A stretch of DNA of 64,000 nucleotides from Octopus sinensis (taxonomy: Eukaryota), in NCBI RefSeq assembly GCF_006345805.1, contig NC_043000.1, positions 138,012,001 through 138,076,000 on the forward strand, given 5' to 3'. Below, in pieces: positions 11,558 to 24,949 of this stretch. The number at the start of each line of letters is the position of its first letter. Positions within the stretch are counted from its first letter, which is position 1. The notes under the pieces were generated by a model. The model ran no database searches. It was given only the letters and a program-made list of their open reading frames with translations, and was not told the DNA's origin. Made by a program: the position numbers and the translations under genes.

Positions 11558-11789
11558 AGGCGACGAGCTGGCAGAAACGTTAGCGCGCCGGGCGAAATGC
11601 GTAGCCGTATTTCGTCTGTCATTACGTTCCCAGTTCAAATTCCGCCCAGGCCGACTTTGCATTTCATCCTTTCGGGGTCGATATATTAAGTACCAGTTAC
11701 GCACTGGGGTCGATTTAATCTACTTAATCCTTCTGTCTGTCCTTGTTTGTCCCCTCTGTGTTTAGCCCCTTTTGGGTAGTAAAGAAAAA
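11558..11789 (+). mobile_element. tRNA-headed SINE family B (Deu/Nin-like core) with 17-bp TSD
   Basis: GGCGACGAGCTGGCAGAA...AGTTCAAATTCC; TSD TATACCACACCAAAATA (11541-57) / TATACCAGACCAAAATA (11790-806), one mismatch. Confidence 0.92.
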
Positions 11790-11934
11790 TATACCAGACC
11801 AAAATATGCAAATTGTTATATATGCCTCTTTAATAATCCATGCCCACTTAGTCATACATCAATAAAACCCGTGTTACAATTCAAATTGAAGATTAACGTT
11901 GTTTATGCTAAAAGTGTCGTGTGGTTAAATGTTA

Positions 11935-12112
11935 ATATTGCCTAGTTGTTCGTCTGTTTTCACGTTCTGAGTTCAAATTCCGCTCAGTTCGACTTTGCAT
12001 TCCATCCTTGCGGGATCGACAAAATAAGTACCGGTTGAGCAATGGGGTTGATGTAAACTACTTACTCTCTCTCCCGAAATTACTGGTCTTGTGCCAAAAT
12101 TTGAAACCAATA
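11935..12112 (+). mobile_element. Family B variant SINE, 5'-truncated, alternative tail
   Basis: GAGTTCAAATTCC...CGACTTTGC core with tail CCCGAAATTACTGGTCTTGTGCCAAAATTTGAAACC. Confidence 0.8.
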
Positions 12113-12163
12113 TTACCTGGATGTTTAATATAAAAGAGGGTAGTGTCGAGTCTAGAACTGTAA

Positions 12164-12557
12164 TCTTTATATATAAAAGTAAGGTTGTGTGTCTGTCTCC
12201 TACGATTTAGATTCCTAACTACTCCCACATTTTGCGGTGCAGTTTAACCAAAACCGGGTATCTTATAGTCGTGATTCATATCAAGCCCTTCTGGGTATTA
12301 GCGCGCGTCTACGATGAGTCTACGATTTAAAAAAATACCATCATTTTCTTCCATTTTAATGCATTTTTTCGCTATTATATAAGGGAAGTAACTCTCTAAA
12401 AATGTCTACAATGAGTTAACGATTTAAAAAAAAAATTACCATCATTTTCTTTCCATTTTTAAAGCATTTTTTTGCTATTTTTTGGCTATAACTCTCTAAA
12501 AATGCTTATATAGTTATTTCCCTTACAAACCCGAGCAACGCCGGGCGTTACTGCTAG
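12164..12557 (+). mobile_element. Non-autonomous Helitron, family H1
   Basis: A|TCTTTATATATAAAAG start, 3' hairpin CCCGAGCAACGCCGGG then CTGCTAG|T; no TSD; internal ~85-bp tandem duplication; near-identical copies at 16157 and 62507. Confidence 0.92.
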
Positions 12558-12974
12558 TAGTGTATAAAACATAGCTTTATCCATGAAAATAAAATGACAA
12601 ACTCATTTGCGGTAGACAAGCTGTGGAAATGAGGTTGATACTTTTTCGCAATTAACTTTTGTGATTGAATTTATAATCAGGTATCAATTTGTTTTTTGGT
12701 CATTTTCATAAGGGAGAAATAATTTACTATAATATGTCAGTTTATTATCGTTAACAGCAGCATAATATCTTGGTTCATTATTGGTAGCAATCTCTGATCG
12801 TCACACCAAAAACAAAAACAACCTCTTCATTGTAATTTGACTTGCTACAAGTCAAATATTACCCACTCTGCAGCCTGCCATCTTTGAAAATGGTAATGCA
12901 TAATATGCTCGTGAATGGATTGAGCCTATAAATGACTGGATAGGAAAGGCTGAATCCCCATTGATTAGACCATT

Positions 12975-13209
12975 AAGGCGGCGAGCTGGTAGAAACGTTA
13001 GCACGCCGGGCGAAATTCGTAGCCGTATTTCGTCTGCCGTTACGTTCCGAGTTCAAATTCCGCCGAGGTGGACTTTAACCTTTCATCCTTTCAGAGTCGA
13101 TAAATTAAGTACCAGTTACGCACTGGGGTCGATGTAGTCGACTTAAGCCCTTTGTCTGTCCTTGTCTGTCCCCTCTGTGTTTAGCCCCTTGTGGGTAGTA
13201 AAGCAATAG
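12975..13209 (+). mobile_element. Family B SINE, full length
   Basis: Matches the family B consensus; approximate TSD GATTA(A)GACCAT. Confidence 0.92.
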
Positions 13210-15201
13210 ATTAAGACCATAGACCTGATCGATCAATCAGCGACCATTGGGGCGGGGAGAAGAAAGAGGCACCCGGAATTAGCTGGATTTGAACTCAGTA
13301 TTTATATCCAAATAAAGAAGATTCCGTGAAACATCATTTCTATTCCCCCTCCCACTACAACTGCTCGATCATTTAATTGCGGTTAATTTATGGAAGCATT
13401 TTATTTAAATTGATGTAAGGAAAATTCCTATGATATATATCATTGAACAATGGATGTTGATTATTTGAAGTTGGCTTTCGTATATGCTATTCAATGTGGT
13501 TTCACTCTTTTGAATACGCTTATTCAGAAGGATCTATTACGACAGTTATTTTTTTTCAGTATTGGTGTGATCTATACGTCGCTTTCTTACGACGAAATAA
13601 ATCGCATGTTAATGAAATTTGATCAAAATTGCTAATTTCATTGGCAAAGCAGACTAACAACATGTCTCCATCAGATATAAATTTACAAAAATTTAGTTAG
13701 TTCCCTTTTGCACTTCAATAGATTTTCTTTAGAATCAGGCGCAAGTAGAAAGCTGAATGTTCGTATATATATACACATAAAAATAAATATTTCGTAAATG
13801 TTGCAAATGGCTATGATGCAGCACTTTTAATTATTCATTTATTGTTAATATGCAATGGTTTTCTTCTTATGTTTTCAAGCTATTTAATATCTAAGCATGA
13901 TTAAGCACTTCATAAAATATATGATTACCTAAATACTTCGAAGACGGTTGATATCACACAATTCATTTTAATATCCAGCGCGTATATAGTGTAATAGAAG
14001 TATGGTAAAATGAACTTAAAATATATTTCTAAATCTTAAGTGATCTATGCAATATTAATATTATTATTCTTTTATCTAATTTTGTAAAGAATCTTGACAA
14101 GTTAAGCATCGAAGCGTTATGTAACTTCCCAAAATGTTTCATTGCTTTCAGTTTTGTCTTGTGAGCTCTATAGTCAGCTGTTCATGGCACAATTAGCATT
14201 ATTGAATGCATTTTGCGTAGTTGTTGATGTTATTGTTGATTATTCTCAAATTAATCTACAATAGCATTTTAATTCACTAAATGCCTCGCTTTAACTTTAA
14301 CTAGCATCTCTACTGCAATTAATTTTATATCTAATTTTGAGTAAACGAAAGAGTATTTTCTTTTACTATGCTTTAAAAAAGAGAAATATATTAACTTGAT
14401 GTTATGCTGACATAATCTGCAAAGAAGATTTTATTGTAAGAGATGGCAACCACGTCTAAATAACAAATCTCTTACTACAATAAAAGAAATAATTGGCGCT
14501 TCAACCAGAACGAAGATAATCTCAAGAGAGCGATTACTGTTATGTAATCATATCGGTTCTAGAAATTGTCTCAGACAAATCAGTCAACTAAGTTAAAAAT
14601 TACTTCACAAACCTGTTCCTGTAAATTAGATCCAAGATAAATAATTCAAAATTGTACCCGAAACTATTATTCATGTCAAACTACCAAAATGACGAAGAAA
14701 TATAATACAATTATAACAATAGCAAACTGAGATAACAGAATTAGTATCGCATCAAAAGAGATTCAATAAATTGTGTCGATTTATCAATTACTAATGGTAG
14801 GTTTGTTTGACATCGCTTTCTCATCTTCAAAGTGTTGATTTATGAAAACTAGTTCAATTCGGACGAGTAATTGGTGACAGTATCGCTGACGGGCAAGTGT
14901 TTTAACAAGTTTTCACTTTTGTTTGTACATATGGACAGTCTAGCAAATACCGATACATACAAATATATAGGATGATATATTTACCAAGTCAAGCTGGCAG
15001 ATTGTTAGTTAGATGAACAAACCGTCCGACAAATATGTTGATAATGAGGAATCTTGCTGCACAAAGAGAAAACTACCTATAACCGATGTTAAAGGACCTA
15101 ATTGTGGGATAGAAAGACAATCACGTTGACAGATGTCTGTGTGTGTATTGTCTGAATTTCTGAGACGAGGAATTATTACTATTATCATTAATGTCAGTAA
15201 T

Positions 15202-15472
15202 AAGGTGGTGAACTGGCAGGATCATTTGTACGTCGAACAAAATGCTTTGCATCATTTTGTCCATCATCTGAGTTCAAATTTCACCGAGGTTGACTTTGCC
15301 TTTCATCCTTTCGGGGTCGATAAAATAAATAGCAATTATGCACTGGGGTTGATGCAATCGACTTTATTCCTTCCCTCAAATTTGAAGCCTTGTGCTTCCA
15401 GTAGAAATGATGTACTTCACTTAAACCGCTCCCCCGAAATTGCTGGCCTTGTGCCAAATTTTGAAACCAGTA
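15202..15472 (+). mobile_element. Family B variant SINE with doubled tail
   Basis: AAGGTGGTGAACTGGCAG head, core GACTTTGCCTTTCATCCTTTCGGGGTCGAT, two successive GCCTTGTGC tails. Confidence 0.8.
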
Positions 15473-15523
15473 TTCATATCGTCAACATGCTAATATATTC
15501 AGGCGAATCTTCATTTCTATACT

Positions 15524-15897
15524 CACAGGGGTGGCTGTGTGGTAAGTAGGTTGCTTACCAACCACATAGTTCCGGGTTCATTCCCCCTGCGTGGCACCTT
15601 GGGTAAGTGTCTTCTACTATAGCCTCGGGCCGACCAAAGACTTGTGAGTGGATTTGGTAGGCGGAAACTGAAAGAAGCCCGTCGTATATATGTATATATA
15701 TGTGTGTGTGTGCGTTTGTGTTTGGAGCCCCCCCCCACATCACTTGACAACCGTAATTAGTGGTTCGGCAAATCAGACCGATATAAGTACCAGGCTTACA
15801 AAGAATAAGTCTTGGGGTCGATTTGCTCGACCAAAGGTGGTGTTCCAGCATGGCCGCAGTTAAATGCCTGAAACAAGTAAAAGAGAGAGTAAAGAGT
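15524..15897 (+). mobile_element. Family A SINE
   Basis: GTGGCTGTGTGGTAAG...GGTTCATTCC...CACCTTGGGTAAGTGTCTTC...CCAGCATGGCCGCAG...GAAACAAGTAAAAGAG. Confidence 0.92.
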
Positions 15898-16156
15898 AAT
15901 CTTTCAGCCGTTGAACACTCCTTGATTCTTCTCGTGCCTTTCACATTTGGTAATATTCTTGAAATTTCGAGCAGCGTACATTATTAAGCCTGTAGCGTGG
16001 TGTGTAGGTTTCTTTAATTTCGTTGTCCATATGTAGTATATGCTTTTATCATTTACTTGACTTTGACATTCTTGTTCATCTGGAACCAAAATATATTTTG
16101 TTTAACTGCCCTAGTGATTCAACTCATATGCACACGCTAAAAGCTTATATTCACTA

Positions 16157-16519
16157 CTAGCAGTATTGCCCGGCGTTGCTCGGGTTTGTAAGGGAAATAA
16201 CTATATAAGCATTTTTAGAGAGTAATAGCCAAAAAATAGCAAACAAATGCATTAAAAATGGAAAAAAAATTATGGTAAATAATCGTAGACATTTTTAGAG
16301 AGTTACTTCCCTTATATAATAGCGAAAAAAATTATGGTAAATTATTTTTAAAATCGTAGACTCATCGTAGACGCGCGCTAATACCCAGAAGGGCTCGATC
16401 TGAATCACGACTATAAGATACCCGGTTTTGGTTAAACTGCACCGCAACATGTGGAAGTAGTTAGGAATCTAAATCGAAGGGGACAGACACTCACACAACT
16501 ACAGTTTTATATATAAAGA
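16157..16519 (-). mobile_element. Non-autonomous Helitron H1 (internally shortened)
   Basis: A|CTAGCAG...CCCGGCGTTGCTCGGG at the left end, TTTTATATATAAAGA|T at the right end. Confidence 0.92.
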
Positions 16520-16812
16520 TTATGCACACGTAACGCTTATATTCACTATTTCATTTTCCGGTAATACAATTGGGTGATGGAAATTAAGAAAGTTAAACCT
16601 GATCTTGTATTTTTGTAGTAGTTGTAATATTCTTTCTTTCTTAAGAGTTTCTCAGCAGTTCCGTCATGATCGTTTGTACAGACTGGTGTTCATTACTAAA
16701 AATAATTTCCCCGCATACATTAGAAACGCCGTTATATAGAGAACTGCGCTTATATTCCTGTCGGATTAATTAAGGTGGGTACAAGAATATCACTAATAAT
16801 CAAAAACATATT

Positions 16813-16977
16813 GGGTGCAGGTGTGGTTCCGTGGTAAGAAGCTTGCTTCCTAGCCACATGGTTCTTGGTTACATCCCACTGCGTGGCACCTTGGGCAAGT
16901 ATCTTTTACTATAGCCTCGGGTCGACCAAAGCCTTGTGAGTGGATTTGGTAGACGGAAACTTAAAAGAATCCCGTCG

Positions 16978-17012
<35 letters not shown>

Positions 17013-17210
17013 ATGTGTGTATGTGTTTGTCCATACCACCATCGCTTGACAACCTATATTGGTGTCAACCTAGTGGTTCGGCAAAAGAGACCGATAGAAT
17101 AAGTACTAGGCTTACAAAGAATAAGTCTTAGGGGCGATTTGTGTGATTAAGGGCGGTGTTCCAGCATGGCCGCAGTCAAATGACTGAAACCAATAAAAGA
17201 AGAAGAAGAA
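16813..17210 (+). mobile_element. Family A SINE
   Basis: Matches the family A consensus from head to AAAAGAAGAAG tail. Confidence 0.9.
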
Positions 17211-18203
17211 TATCGTATTTACACCCACCTGAACTTGAATTATAAATGTACACGATTTAGAGAAATTCTAGTTTGTTTTAAACTGTTCTCGTTGACTCGC
17301 TTTGGAAAATTCTGGCGCAAATATATTTGCTGCTTTACGTTGAGTTGACCTTCGAAGGAACCTAGTCATAGACAACAAATAGAAAGAAAAAAAGAGAAAA
17401 GTATCGTTTTCCTTTTTTCGGTTATTTGACTGCGGCTATGCTGAAGCATGACGAAAATTTTACATCTTGTGCCCTTGAAATATCTACATACATATAATAG
17501 GTATTTACAAATAACTTCTCAAAGTATATCCTATATTATATTAGCGTGCGGCCATCAATAGCAATTCCTAGGGAAGGGCATAATTAAATTAAAAGCAAGT
17601 TATCCTTACTTTAGATTTCTTCAAAGACTGAAAACTGTCAATGGACTCAACAAAACAAGAAGATATTTGTCCCTCAGTTGTAGGGCATTGTAATGGAATG
17701 ATAAAATCTTCAAATCTCGAGACAACGATAAAGACCAAAATAAGACGCCTTTCAAATTAATGTCTAACCGAGTCGTATGCAACACAGCTTCAGGAGAAAT
17801 AGTCGGTCAAGAAGTAAAATTAAAGCAACTATATTCGATGCCTGCGACTAAATTTCAAAGTTATGTAATTAAAGCAATATAGATTTATTTGGTTAATATT
17901 TTACTATTGAAGTCCACCATAAATTGGTATGATGATTGGTTTTCCTTTACATTTAAAATAACTGTATATATGGTTAATTTTAAAGATAAAAAAGAAAGCG
18001 ATCATTTATTTTACTTACTTCAATAAATATTGCATCAAACACAACTGCAGCCGCAGTTTTATGTGCGCCAATGCAGTCGTATAATTAAAATGATTATGCG
18101 CAATGTCATGTATAACACTCACACATACACACACATGTACATGCGCGCAGTCATACACACATACACATATATTTCTTTACTTCTCCTTCTCCAACTTTCT
18201 CTT

Positions 18204-18235
<32 letters not shown>

Positions 18236-18868
18236 TGTATGTATGTATGTGAGTATATATATATACACGCACGCACACACAGACATTTTCATCTATTTAT
18301 GCCAAAGGACGCATTCACATAAAGTTATCGTATCAAGATTATTATTATTATTATCATTATTATTAGTATTAGTATTAGTAGTAGTAGTAGCAGTTGTAAA
18401 ATCTTACTGCTGTTACTATGTGCACAAAGACTGCATGTATCCTATCTATCTCTCTCTTCTATCTTTTCTCTTGTGAAAGAAAATATTTCTCCACCGTTCG
18501 CTGTTTTACTTTCGTCTGGTCTAGCGACCCTCCATGTTTCTTTTCGTTCGGTTTTCTTTGTACGTTTTCACAATCCTGTTTTTGTTACCAACTTTCACCC
18601 TCCATAAATCCCAAATTTTATTTTAGCTTTTGTAGGAGCAACTGCCCTTCGGAGACTCATATTGTCGTTAAATACTCGAAATGAGGAGTAGATGGACAGC
18701 CGACAACTGATGAAGAGCCGTTCTTTATGTGACTTGTCCTGTTTTCCATTTGTCTCTATCGTTGTTTGCGTTTTCAGCTCATTTGTTTTCGTATTTCATG
18801 TTGTTTACGGTTTGTAATGTCCTGTACCCATATATGCATATATATATATATATACATATATATATATC

Positions 18869-18902
<34 letters not shown>

Positions 18903-18968
18903 CATATCTATTATATATGTATATATGTACATATGCATGCGTATATATTTATATGAATATGTATATAC

Positions 18969-19022
<54 letters not shown>

Positions 19023-19266
19023 TACGCATATATATATATATATTTAATTTAATTTAATTTTAATTAAATTTTATTTATATAAATTATTTTATGTATTGGC
19101 TTAAGTCTTTCTTTGTTTGATTTGCATAATAGTGCTTTTGTCTCTAATTTAATATAATATAATATTTTACTATAAAATTGGATTCAATCCTAAATCTGAT
19201 TTTTCCCTGTAAGTTTGGATTTATTATTATATATATGCATATATATACACACATTCATATATAAGC

Positions 19267-19297
<31 letters not shown>

Positions 19298-21920
19298 TGT
19301 ATGTATGTATGTATATCAAACAGCATCAGTGTCAAGCAATGATTAAGCATTAGCGAACTTCAGGTTACTTAAGATATGTTTGTGACATACTTTAATTTCT
19401 TAAGGCAAATTCACTTAGAATATTTCTCTATTATGGCAAAAAGTGTAAAAGAACACCATATTTGCCCACAACTTCCCTCTAGCGGATTCCGAACGTTTTG
19501 GAAAATCAGTCAACATCCGTGCTGTGCTTTTGAACCGGTACAAGTAGCAATTGTAGCACAACAAAAGAGAGAGAGAGAGACTTTGTACTAATCCCGCGTA
19601 AATCCTTAAATCCTTTTAAATGTTTTAACCCGAAGGCCGCGGCCATGCTGGGGCACCACAGTTTTTTTTTTTTAATTTTATCACTCAGAATATTCGAGTG
19701 CTTATGTAACCACATTGTATAAATTTGAAGCTGTTTATTTGCGTTTAGGTTTCTTTGAAATATTATATGGTGTTAACATTGACAAACTGTACAGGGAAAT
19801 AAAAATGATAAAATTAATTGATTAATTAAGAATATTTTGAAATCTAAATTGGAAAATTACTAAATAATTATTTAAACCAATTTGGTTGTTGATAAATTAT
19901 GATAAATATATTATGAGAATTTATGAATAAAATGTCAAAGCAAATATTTCTGTTACGCAAACATTGTGTGTATATGTGTAGGAGTATATATCTACACGCG
20001 TATTTGTGCGTAGTATTTTCGTGAATGAAGCACCCAACATTATAAAGCGGAAAATAATATAGTTCATAGTGTCTGTTGGTTAAAAAATACAAAGTTTAAC
20101 ATACGCGTTTTTATATTATAGCAAACATATTATAAAAATATCGGAAAGAGAAAACCAAATTAATCGAACTTCGGTTCGAACTCCGAAAAGGGTGACATTA
20201 AAGGAATAACCAACCATTATATTTCAAATATTTGTTTCGCTTCCCTATCAATTGTCAATGTAATTTTCTAAATAGCGTGTCCTTTCCTACAAAGTTATTG
20301 TTATTTCGCCACACACAGGGGAATTCTATATTAAGTGTTGTGTAAAAACCGTATTAAGGCTACAGAAGCGGGAAGGCACTATTAAATTGTTTCTATAACC
20401 TTATAATTTTCTTTTGATCAGTCGCACGATTTAATATGTTCAGAAACTGAAAAAATGTCAAGGAAATTACTCTCTACTTGGCTGGTCTACAAAAACAAAA
20501 AAGCAAAAAATGCAATCATAAAAAAAATCATTGTAACGTGTATCACTGAATGTTGTAGTGAAATTACTAGTTATAAAATGTCAGTAATAGTTATATTCAC
20601 GTTGACACTGCTCAGTTATGTGAAAAATATGATTTAAATCAGGCTTTCTTTTTTTGTACAAATATAAGAGTGTCAGGTGGTTCATATCGTATACACCAAA
20701 ATATATAACTTAATAAGTGAAATATCATGTTGGATACAAAAATGTGAAATATTGGCGCTTCGTATTGCTATTGGGATTACACAGCTACAACATTAGTAAA
20801 TATTAAATCAATTTCTTCCCAACATCCTAAAAGAACAAATTGTGCCTTTAGCATGAATTCCACGAGAACATACAAATTATTTTCACGAGAAGCACTGGCA
20901 TTTATCCGTTATTATTGGTGAAATCATGTCTAACTCTTAATTTTTTTTTGCTTTAGCATCTATAATACGGGTTCTCAACTTTTGCTTTTCGTAGCAAAAT
21001 GAAGTACAAAATCTTAGGAGTGTACCCTATTTCTTTTCCATCTATCTTCGTCAGATTCATTGGAAAACTATTTCTATTGCAAATGTAAATAAAGTAGTGG
21101 TCACAACGCGAAACAGGAATATATTCTTGCTTTTATGACAACAAATCACTTGTATACATTATGAAATAAATATTATTACATGTTAAGCTGTTGAGCTGTT
21201 GTAACTTTAATGAATAATAAACACAAACAAACGAAGAACATTACTGATACTATTTGATACTATTAGTGAAAAAACATGTTACTGATATTTTGCCAAAATA
21301 CAGCATTCTGAGGTCGGACCCTTGGCAAAATCACTGGATTCTAGTTTTTGCTTTCGTTTCATTTTTATTACTCTGAAGGCTCGGAAACTCTGCTAAGTGA
21401 TTCAGAAATCTGAGAACAGGAGCAAAACTATGATTGCTTTCTTTGACAATCGCAGTTAAACATTTTCTAATGGAGATCCAAGCCCTATCGAGGTAGAATT
21501 ATTACAACTTTATCGTAAGATTGCGACTGTATTTTCAATGCATAATTTCTTTTTGTACTTGACTTTCGAAATTTTCTATTTCAACAATGTCGAAGATATA
21601 GATTTTGTTTTCAGTCGTACAATGTACCGTGAAAAATTGAGGAATGCCGATTCAAACAAATTGAAAAGTTTGCCAGTGATTTTTTTACACATCCCAGTAT
21701 AGCAGGTTTAGGAGTACATTTCTCACTTGTAAAGCGAGGAAAAGATGTCCGTTATCAGCAACTTTACCTCGTTTTCTATCAACTAAATAGTCTAGCTTTG
21801 TTTAACATAGAGACAGCATTACTCATTAAAGACTAAGTTGAAATAAGAGCACGACTTCGTTTTTTAATTGTAATATATTTAGTATAACTTTAATGTAGCG
21901 ACCTAGTGAAATATTTAGTA

Positions 21921-22090
21921 CCCCAGGCAAAATGCTTTCGTTAGTCCCTACATTCTGAATTCAAATTCTGCCGAGGTTGCCTTTATCTTTTTTTCCTTTC
22001 GGGGTCAATGAAATAAGAACTGGAGTCAATGTACTCGAGTTGCCACCCCCCATAAAATTTCAAGCTTTGTGCCTATTGTAGAAAAGAATT
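21921..22090 (+). mobile_element. Degenerate family B variant SINE
   Basis: TGAATTCAAATTCTGCCGAGGTTGCCTTT...CCTTTCGGGGTC...CTTTGTGCCTATTGTAGAAAAG. Confidence 0.7.
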
Positions 22091-24949
22091 ATGTAGTAGA
22101 ACGTTACCTCGGAACAACCACCTTACATTAGTATAGTAGAGCTGTGCAAAGTTAAGGCATCTAAGAGAGTTGTTTTTCCTCTTGTTCTCAATTGAAAATT
22201 TGAGTTAACCACACACATTCTTAGTTACTAGAATCAGGAGTTGAATAAAACAATGAATTGTAGCTATATGTGGTGCATAATTCTTACAAATGTTATAAAG
22301 CCCTTGAAAACACGAGTCATATTTGGAGAACCAACGCAAATTCCAATGCAATTACCCCAAAATATTTCATGGCATATCATATTACAAGTCGAAAGTTTTA
22401 AATATATATTTACTCTTGGTTGTTGACTTAAGTCAATTTAGAAGCAAATATTTGTTAGATATATTATCTTCCGGAACAAATCTATTAAATCCCATTAAGA
22501 AATATTAATTGTACGTATTGTTTCATCAACTCGGAGGCATATAGAATTTCGCCAATTTCTCATGAGTATCCATGAAATCGGACGGTTTGTATAGTGTGAC
22601 ATGTACTATTCTGCAATCATCCAAGTTCAACGACTGCCAATATAGTGCACATTGTGTGACACGGTCATATAATCATATATTGATATTTACCCTTGTGAAT
22701 TTAGCCTTTGATTGTGTAGGCCTGCACGCAGTATTAGCTTTCCTGTTTATGATACATTCGCAACTCACTTTAAAAGCGTTCTTGTTGAATAGTTTTTTGT
22801 TGTGTGTATTAATGAGAAAATATTTAACTAGCAGGCTTTTGAAATTTCTGGCGATATTTGGCTCAACACTTGTAGGAAAATGAGGCTATGATTCAGAATA
22901 ATCTTGCCAGGTTTATTCTTATTATTTGAAGTCGGGTAGCAGGATGAAAATAATGCACAATTCAATGGGAACTAGAGGGCTATTGTAGTAAGACTCCACT
23001 TAAGATTTCTTTGTAACATGAAAGTTCAGCTATCCACCAAACACTTTTGTTGACTAGATTTTTAGGTAATATGAAATAATGATAGGGACTGCTTTTTATA
23101 CATGGTAGTTTTCATTTCGTTTATGATACAGCTTTGTACGTAAATCTATGGCAACGTCAACGAGATTTACAATGCGGACGTTGTATATAAAAGGAATAAG
23201 TTTCGATATGCTGTAAGCCAGCTAATATCGTTGTATGTCGTGAGAAATAAGAAAGTGTGTAGAGAATATACTTCTAATGATGATGCGAACTTTCTCGGTA
23301 CACATTAAAATTACGTTTACTATGAAACAAGGGACTACTTGCGCAAATAAAAGTCACATTTATTTCCTGTATATGAAAATATCAATTACTATGTATGGAC
23401 TAATACCTAAAAAAGCGTTAATTATGAGTAAGCATATACTTTTCCTCTGTGTACACCAGAGGAGATATTAGTGTTGTTCGATCCGCTATAGAAATCACAA
23501 TGAGGTTGTCACTCAATTTAAAAACATAAACACAGTTCTTGACTGTGGTCATAGTAACAATGAAAGCACGTCGAAATATTCACGTACTTTAATGCTTTAT
23601 CTCTTTCTCGCTGACTGCTTAGAAATGAGATACCTAAATGTAGAATGCACCATACACATTTACACGATGCACATACACATAATATCTTAATATAAGCCGC
23701 TTTCCTTCACATTTCTGAAATATTAATACACAATGCAGATTTCTGTCACTCTGCTTGAAATCTTTACGAGTTGTTTTGGACGTTAATCTCTAGTTCATCT
23801 TCAGTGATTAAAATATTAAAATATTTTCCTTACAAGCAATAATTTTGCTCTACAAAACTGTATAACTTTTATTCCTCGATTTTGTTTAATCCTAAGCAAA
23901 ACAAATCACTGAAACAAAAATCAGATATTCATTTGGAAATATTACTTGCATGACTGTGCAATGTTATTTCTGATATTTGAAGAAATTTTATTTTTATTTG
24001 TTCCCTTTATTTCCGTTATTCTGTCAGCAAGATGGCTGAAATTCAATTCGATTATTACTAATATTTGAATTTGATATCATCTTTTTCATTAAGGATTTTT
24101 GTTTCGTTATCGTTCTGTACGTAATTAAATAGTTGAAGTATTTGTTTTCGAAAGTCTCTATCTTGATGGCTCCCACAGTGGGAAGTAAATATTTGTCATC
24201 TTTCAGAAAGACAACCAGATAAGCTGGTCAAAAGACTGATACCATGAACATGAAACTTAAAGAAAATGCAACATCATTATATTGTATATCAAACGGACCA
24301 TCAAAATCAATAAAAATTTCCACTGCCAGAACACTTGAATGGAACAAAAATAAAATTAGACAAGTGTGATGAATAGATAACAGTCTCCCAAAATCGAAAT
24401 CGAATTTCAGGAAACAGACAAGTGATAATTTTTAGCAGAGTACCGAGAAAAGAACATCAATATTTTTTATATACATTCTTGCATGGAGAAATATTTTGTC
24501 TACAACATTGATTTCCTCCCATGAAACAGTTGTAAATTACTTCCCTTCAAGCTCGTGTAATGTACTGGTCTTTCTATTTCCTCTCTGATATCTTTCAGTT
24601 TTCAGATCCCGCTCTGAGAAATAATTTTAAAAGAAAAATGCTGTTTAATTACGGCAACGTAAATTCTCAGTTCAAATTCCACCGAGAATGGCATTGCTTT
24701 CATCTTCTTGATATCGATAAAGTGAGTATCCAGAATCTAAGTTTATTTCAACGTATAGACGACTTTTTGCAATTTATAGCTTTGTTTCGGCTACGGGCAT
24801 TCTTGTAAATTTTATTGGATGATAATGAAGAATTAGTAGAGCTTCAGACAAAAATTATCACCGTATTATTTCCTGTCCTTTACATTCTGAGTTCAAATCC
24901 TACAGTCAACATTTTCTGTAATCCTTCTACTGTCAATAAGAGTCAAGTA

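Noticed and set aside
18640-18740. CTGATGAAG motif in a repeat-like block
   Set aside because: No GAAA after the possible helix II, so no hammerhead can be drawn; element type unassigned.
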